DNA from: Candidatus Falkowbacteria bacterium RIFOXYC2_FULL_36_12
Lineage (GTDB): Bacteria; Patescibacteriota; Patescibacteriia; UBA11705
NCBI GenBank assembly: GCA_001778235.1
Contig: MFGJ01000001.1
Location: 69,302 to 133,301, forward strand
Length of the DNA: 64,000 nt
Reading direction: 5' to 3'
Part shown: piece by piece, positions 60,992 through 64,000 of the stretch
How the letters are laid out: every line of letters begins with the position of its first letter
Position numbering within the stretch: the first letter of the stretch is position 1
The notes under the pieces: model-generated
Database searches by the model: none
What the model saw: the letters and a program-made list of their open reading frames with translations, nothing else
What the model was told of the DNA's origin: nothing
Made by a program: the position numbers and the translations under genes

Positions 60992-61369
60992 ATGTTGGAT
61001 CAAAAGAAAAAGCAACGAATCATTGCTAAGTTCAAAACACATGAAAATGATACTGGTTCACCTGAAGTGCAAATTGCTATTTTAACAGAAGAAATCAAGG
61101 AATTAACAAAGCATCTTCAGATGCACAAACAAGACCATTCATCACGAAGAGGTTTGCTAAAAAAACTGGGTGAAAGAAAAAGATTACTACGATACCTTGA
61201 GGCAGAAAACCAAGAAAGCTATGAAAACCTTATCAAAGAACTAAAACTGAAAATTTCTAAAAAGTACCAAGAGAGAAAAGAAGAAATTGCTAGACTTTTG
61301 GCTGAAGACGAAGAAGCTGAAAGAGCTGAAGAAGAAAGCGTTGAAGAACCTGTAGTTGAAGAAGAATAA
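60992..61369 (+). CDS. rpsO: 30S ribosomal protein S15 with an acidic C-terminal extension
   Basis: GSPEVQIAILTEEIKELTKHLQMHKQDHSSRRGLLKKLGERKRLLRYL; conserved rpsO-pnp order. Confidence 0.85.
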   Translation: MLDQKKKQRIIAKFKTHENDTGSPEVQIAILTEEIKELTKHLQMHKQDHSSRRGLLKKLGERKRLLRYLEAENQESYENLIKELKLKISKKYQERKEEIARLLAEDEEAERAEEESVEEPVVEEE

Positions 61370-61382
61370 ATTTTTTACATAA

Positions 61383-61410
61383 AAAGCCTCCTCTTCGGAG
61401 GCTTTTTGGA
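61383..61410 (+). terminator. Intrinsic terminator after rpsO (attenuator before pnp)
   Basis: aaaaagcctcctcttcggaggcttttt. Confidence 0.65.
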
Positions 61411-61563
61411 AAAATACTTTTAGATTATAATATAAGTATAATTAATAAATTAACAATTAATAAAAATGCTTGGGCATTAGACACATTGGCTATTAGCTTG
61501 AATCAATAATTCAACTTTAATAATAGTCGTTAGTTTGATGGTCAAGCATTTGACCAAATTCAT

Positions 61564-63717
61564 ATGAATAAAAAACATGAATTCAAACTTGAATGGGCAG
61601 GCAAGGAGTTGAAAATCTCAACTGGAGTCCTAGCTCATCAAACAAATGGTAGTTGTCTAGTTCAGTATGGAGATACTGTTATATTAGCAACGGCGGTAAT
61701 AAATAAAGAAAAAAATGAGGGAATGGATTTTTTCCCACTGATGGTAGAATTTGAGGAAAAAATGTATGCGGCTGGAAGAATCAAGGGTTCTAGATTTATC
61801 AAAAGAGAAACTAGACCAACTGATGAAGCGATTTTGACTGCCCGACTGATTGACCGAGGATTGCGACCACTTTTTGATGAAAGAATTCGTCAAAATGTAC
61901 AAATCGTTGTGACTGTATTGCAACATGATGGAGAAAACGATCCAGATATTCCATCAATCATCGGTGCTTCTTGTGCCCTAGAATTATCTGACATCCCTTG
62001 GGACGGACCGATTGCTGGAATCAGAATCGGTAAAATTGAAAAAGAGTGGGTTCTAAATCCAAGCTATGAAGCACGGGACAAATGTGAATTTGAACTGACT
62101 GCTTGTTATTTTGGCGATAAAGTTATCAATATTGAAGCTAGCGCCAATGAAACTGATGAAAAAACAATGTATGAAGCATTTAAGTTTGGGTCAAAACATA
62201 TAAAAAGTGTTTTGCAACTACAAGAACAAATCAGAAAAGAACTTGGAAAAGAAAAATTCAAAATTGATTTTACTGAAGAAATTGATAGCGACGAAGTGCT
62301 TGATAAAAATCAAAAAGCTAGCTTGAAACAATTTGAAGATTTGAAAGCTGAAGCAATTGCATATGCTGACAAACATATTGATAAATATTTATTCGATGTG
62401 CCTGTAGGAACAAAAACTGAAAGAAAAGAAAAGGTAAGTGCTGTAAAAGAAGAAATGATTGAAATGCTGAAGAAAAAAAATGTTGGTAAAGAAAAAATAA
62501 AGAAAATATTAGAATTTTTTGACACTTTCATTGAAGAAAGGGTCAGCGAAGCTATTATCAAGAAATCAAAACGAATTGATGGACGAAAACTGGACCAAAT
62601 CAGAACATTGAACTCTGAAGTAGGCCTGATGAATAGACTTCATGGATCAGCATTGTTTGAAAGAGGTGAAACTCAAGTGCTTTCAATCGTAACATTGGGT
62701 GCGCCCGGTGATGAGCAAATGCTTGACGGCATGGAATTAACTGGGAAAAAAAGATTTATGCATCATTATAATTTTCCGCCATATTCTGTGGGTGAAGCAA
62801 GACCGATGCGAGGTGCTGGACGAAGAGAAGTTGGACATGGTGCACTAGCAGAGAAAGCGATCATGCCCGTATTACCAAAAAAAGAAGATTTTCCTTATAC
62901 AATCAGAGTTGTATCTGAAGTAATGGGTTCAAATGGTTCAAGTTCAATGGCTTCAACCTGCGGATGTTCACTAAGTCTGATGGACGCAGGCGTGCCGATC
63001 ACAACTCCGGTTGCGGGTGTGGCAATTGGACTGGCTTCAAATGAAAAAGGTGAATATAAAGTTATCACTGATATTCAAGATCTCGAAGATGGACAAGGTG
63101 GAATGGACTTCAAAGTTACTGGAACAAAAAACGGTATTACAGCTATTCAAATGGATACCAAAACCAGAGGTTTGAGCCTTGAGATTATTGAAGAAGCGTT
63201 GGAAAAAGGAAGAAAAGGACGAATGGAAATTTTAGAAGTAATGAGCAAGGCAATAGATAAACCAAGAGCTGAAATGTCAAAATATGCACCAAGAATAATT
63301 ACAATTAAAATTAATCCAGATAAAATCAGAGATGTTATTGGTCCTGGAGGAAAAATGATTAATGAAATCATTGATAAAACCGGTGTTTCAATTGACATTG
63401 AAGATGATGGAACAGTGTTTATTACTTCTGTTTCAGAAAATGGTAGCAAGGAAGCGGTTGAATGGATTGAAAGGTTGACCGAAGAAGCAAAAATCGGAAA
63501 AGTTTATGAGGGAACAGTCGTAAGACTAATGGACTTCGGAGCTTTTGTAGAAATTTTTCCAGGAACTGATGGGATGGTTCATGTTTCTGAAATTTCAAAA
63601 ACAGAGAGAGTTAATGATATAAAAAAATATTTGAAAGTTGGTCAAAAGGTTAAAGTTAAAGTAATGAAAATTGATGATCAAGGCAGAATAAACCTTTCAA
63701 TCAAGCAAGCTGAATAA
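61564..63717 (+). CDS. pnp: Polyribonucleotide nucleotidyltransferase (PNPase)
   Basis: Two RNase PH domains, KH (IGPGGKMINEII) and S1 (GKVYEGTVVRLMDFGAFVEI) domains. Confidence 0.95.
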   Translation: MNKKHEFKLEWAGKELKISTGVLAHQTNGSCLVQYGDTVILATAVINKEKNEGMDFFPLMVEFEEKMYAAGRIKGSRFIKRETRPTDEAILTARLIDRGLRPLFDERIRQNVQIVVTVLQHDGENDPDIPSIIGASCALELSDIPWDGPIAGIRIGKIEKEWVLNPSYEARDKCEFELTACYFGDKVINIEASANETDEKTMYEAFKFGSKHIKSVLQLQEQIRKELGKEKFKIDFTEEIDSDEVLDKNQKASLKQFEDLKAEAIAYADKHIDKYLFDVPVGTKTERKEKVSAVKEEMIEMLKKKNVGKEKIKKILEFFDTFIEERVSEAIIKKSKRIDGRKLDQIRTLNSEVGLMNRLHGSALFERGETQVLSIVTLGAPGDEQMLDGMELTGKKRFMHHYNFPPYSVGEARPMRGAGRREVGHGALAEKAIMPVLPKKEDFPYTIRVVSEVMGSNGSSSMASTCGCSLSLMDAGVPITTPVAGVAIGLASNEKGEYKVITDIQDLEDGQGGMDFKVTGTKNGITAIQMDTKTRGLSLEIIEEALEKGRKGRMEILEVMSKAIDKPRAEMSKYAPRIITIKINPDKIRDVIGPGGKMINEIIDKTGVSIDIEDDGTVFITSVSENGSKEAVEWIERLTEEAKIGKVYEGTVVRLMDFGAFVEIFPGTDGMVHVSEISKTERVNDIKKYLKVGQKVKVKVMKIDDQGRINLSIKQAE

Positions 63718-63730
63718 ACATAGCAAAAAT

Positions 63731-63754
63731 ACCGCTTCACAGCGGTTTTTTGTT
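63731..63754 (+). terminator. Intrinsic terminator after pnp
   Basis: accgcttcacagcggtttttt. Confidence 0.65.
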
Positions 63755-63759
63755 AACCT

Positions 63760-63945
63760 TAAAACCCACCGACGAATAGCCGGTATGTGCGTTTAAAAGA
63801 AAAACAATTGAATGTAGTGGCTAGCAGTGTAATTTAAGTGTAAGTTGTTGATGTTGCTATGGCAAATTTTTTTGAGAATAAGTGATTGATTTCGCTTTGC
63901 GTGGTCCACCGAAACCACGCACTATAAACAAGTTTAAGTGCATGG
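63760..63945 (+). repeat. Repeat module A, copy 2, followed by a cgtgg...ccacg hairpin and a copy of the cactataaacaagtttaagtgcatgg hairpin
   Basis: ~80% identical to 29500-29640; terminal hairpin shared with 58619-58649 and 58889-58919. Confidence 0.7.
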
Positions 63946-64000
63946 CAAGCAAGTTCGGTGCATGTTTTTGTAACCAGTTCTATTGAGATATAGTGATATT

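Overview
This looks like a low-GC (roughly mid-30s %), gene-dense bacterial chromosome segment read in the standard code (long ORFs end at TAA/TAG/TGA). The gene content points to a small-genome, CPR/Patescibacteria-like organism. Identifiable core genes are fused pyrB-pyrI, rny next to a ymdB-like phosphoesterase, hup, hsp20, a VanW-like protein, clpP, ftsK, rodZ-like, recA, efp, rpsR-ssb-rpsF, nusA, yidC, groES-groEL, ychF, pilB-like ATPase, tsaE/tsaD/tsaC, rpmF, an H+-pyrophosphatase, tig, nfo, a LOG-family protein, three tRNAs, a Xer-like tyrosine recombinase, and rpsO-pnp. Several housekeeping proteins carry charged low-complexity tails. On top of this core there are five regions the gene list does not explain.

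(1) A compact plus-strand cassette at ~35.1-39.4 kb. It encodes a P-loop kinase-like protein flanked by GC-rich direct repeats, a divergent OTCase/ATCase-fold transcarbamylase, a 646-aa fusion of a class-I methyltransferase-like domain to a radical-SAM domain, and an overlapping small protein resembling pyruvoyl-dependent SAM decarboxylase (SpeH-like). It is followed by GC-rich palindromic elements. This is the best candidate for an undescribed small-molecule or nucleic-acid modification system.

(2) An island at 46.4-51.7 kb between hppA and tig. It holds a GHKL (Bergerat-fold) ATPase, an HTH-containing partner, a small regulator-like gene and a large coiled-coil protein. It may be a defence or conflict module.

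(3) A family of tandem, terminator-punctuated ~200-nt structured units with compensatory stem changes. Copies lie downstream of groEL and of pnp and between two tRNA-Arg genes. The tRNA-Arg locus also shows nested direct repeats.

(4) A ~630-nt candidate ncRNA upstream of ftsK, with a perfect sigma70-type promoter and an intrinsic terminator.

(5) A tRNA and recombinase neighbourhood at 57.5-60.7 kb. It contains a degenerate 50-bp direct-repeat array, a 20-bp perfect palindrome present twice, and inverted 15-mers bracketing the recombinase. Elsewhere there is a partial tRNA-Glu duplicate.

All functional calls rest on motif recognition by eye. No database searches were run.
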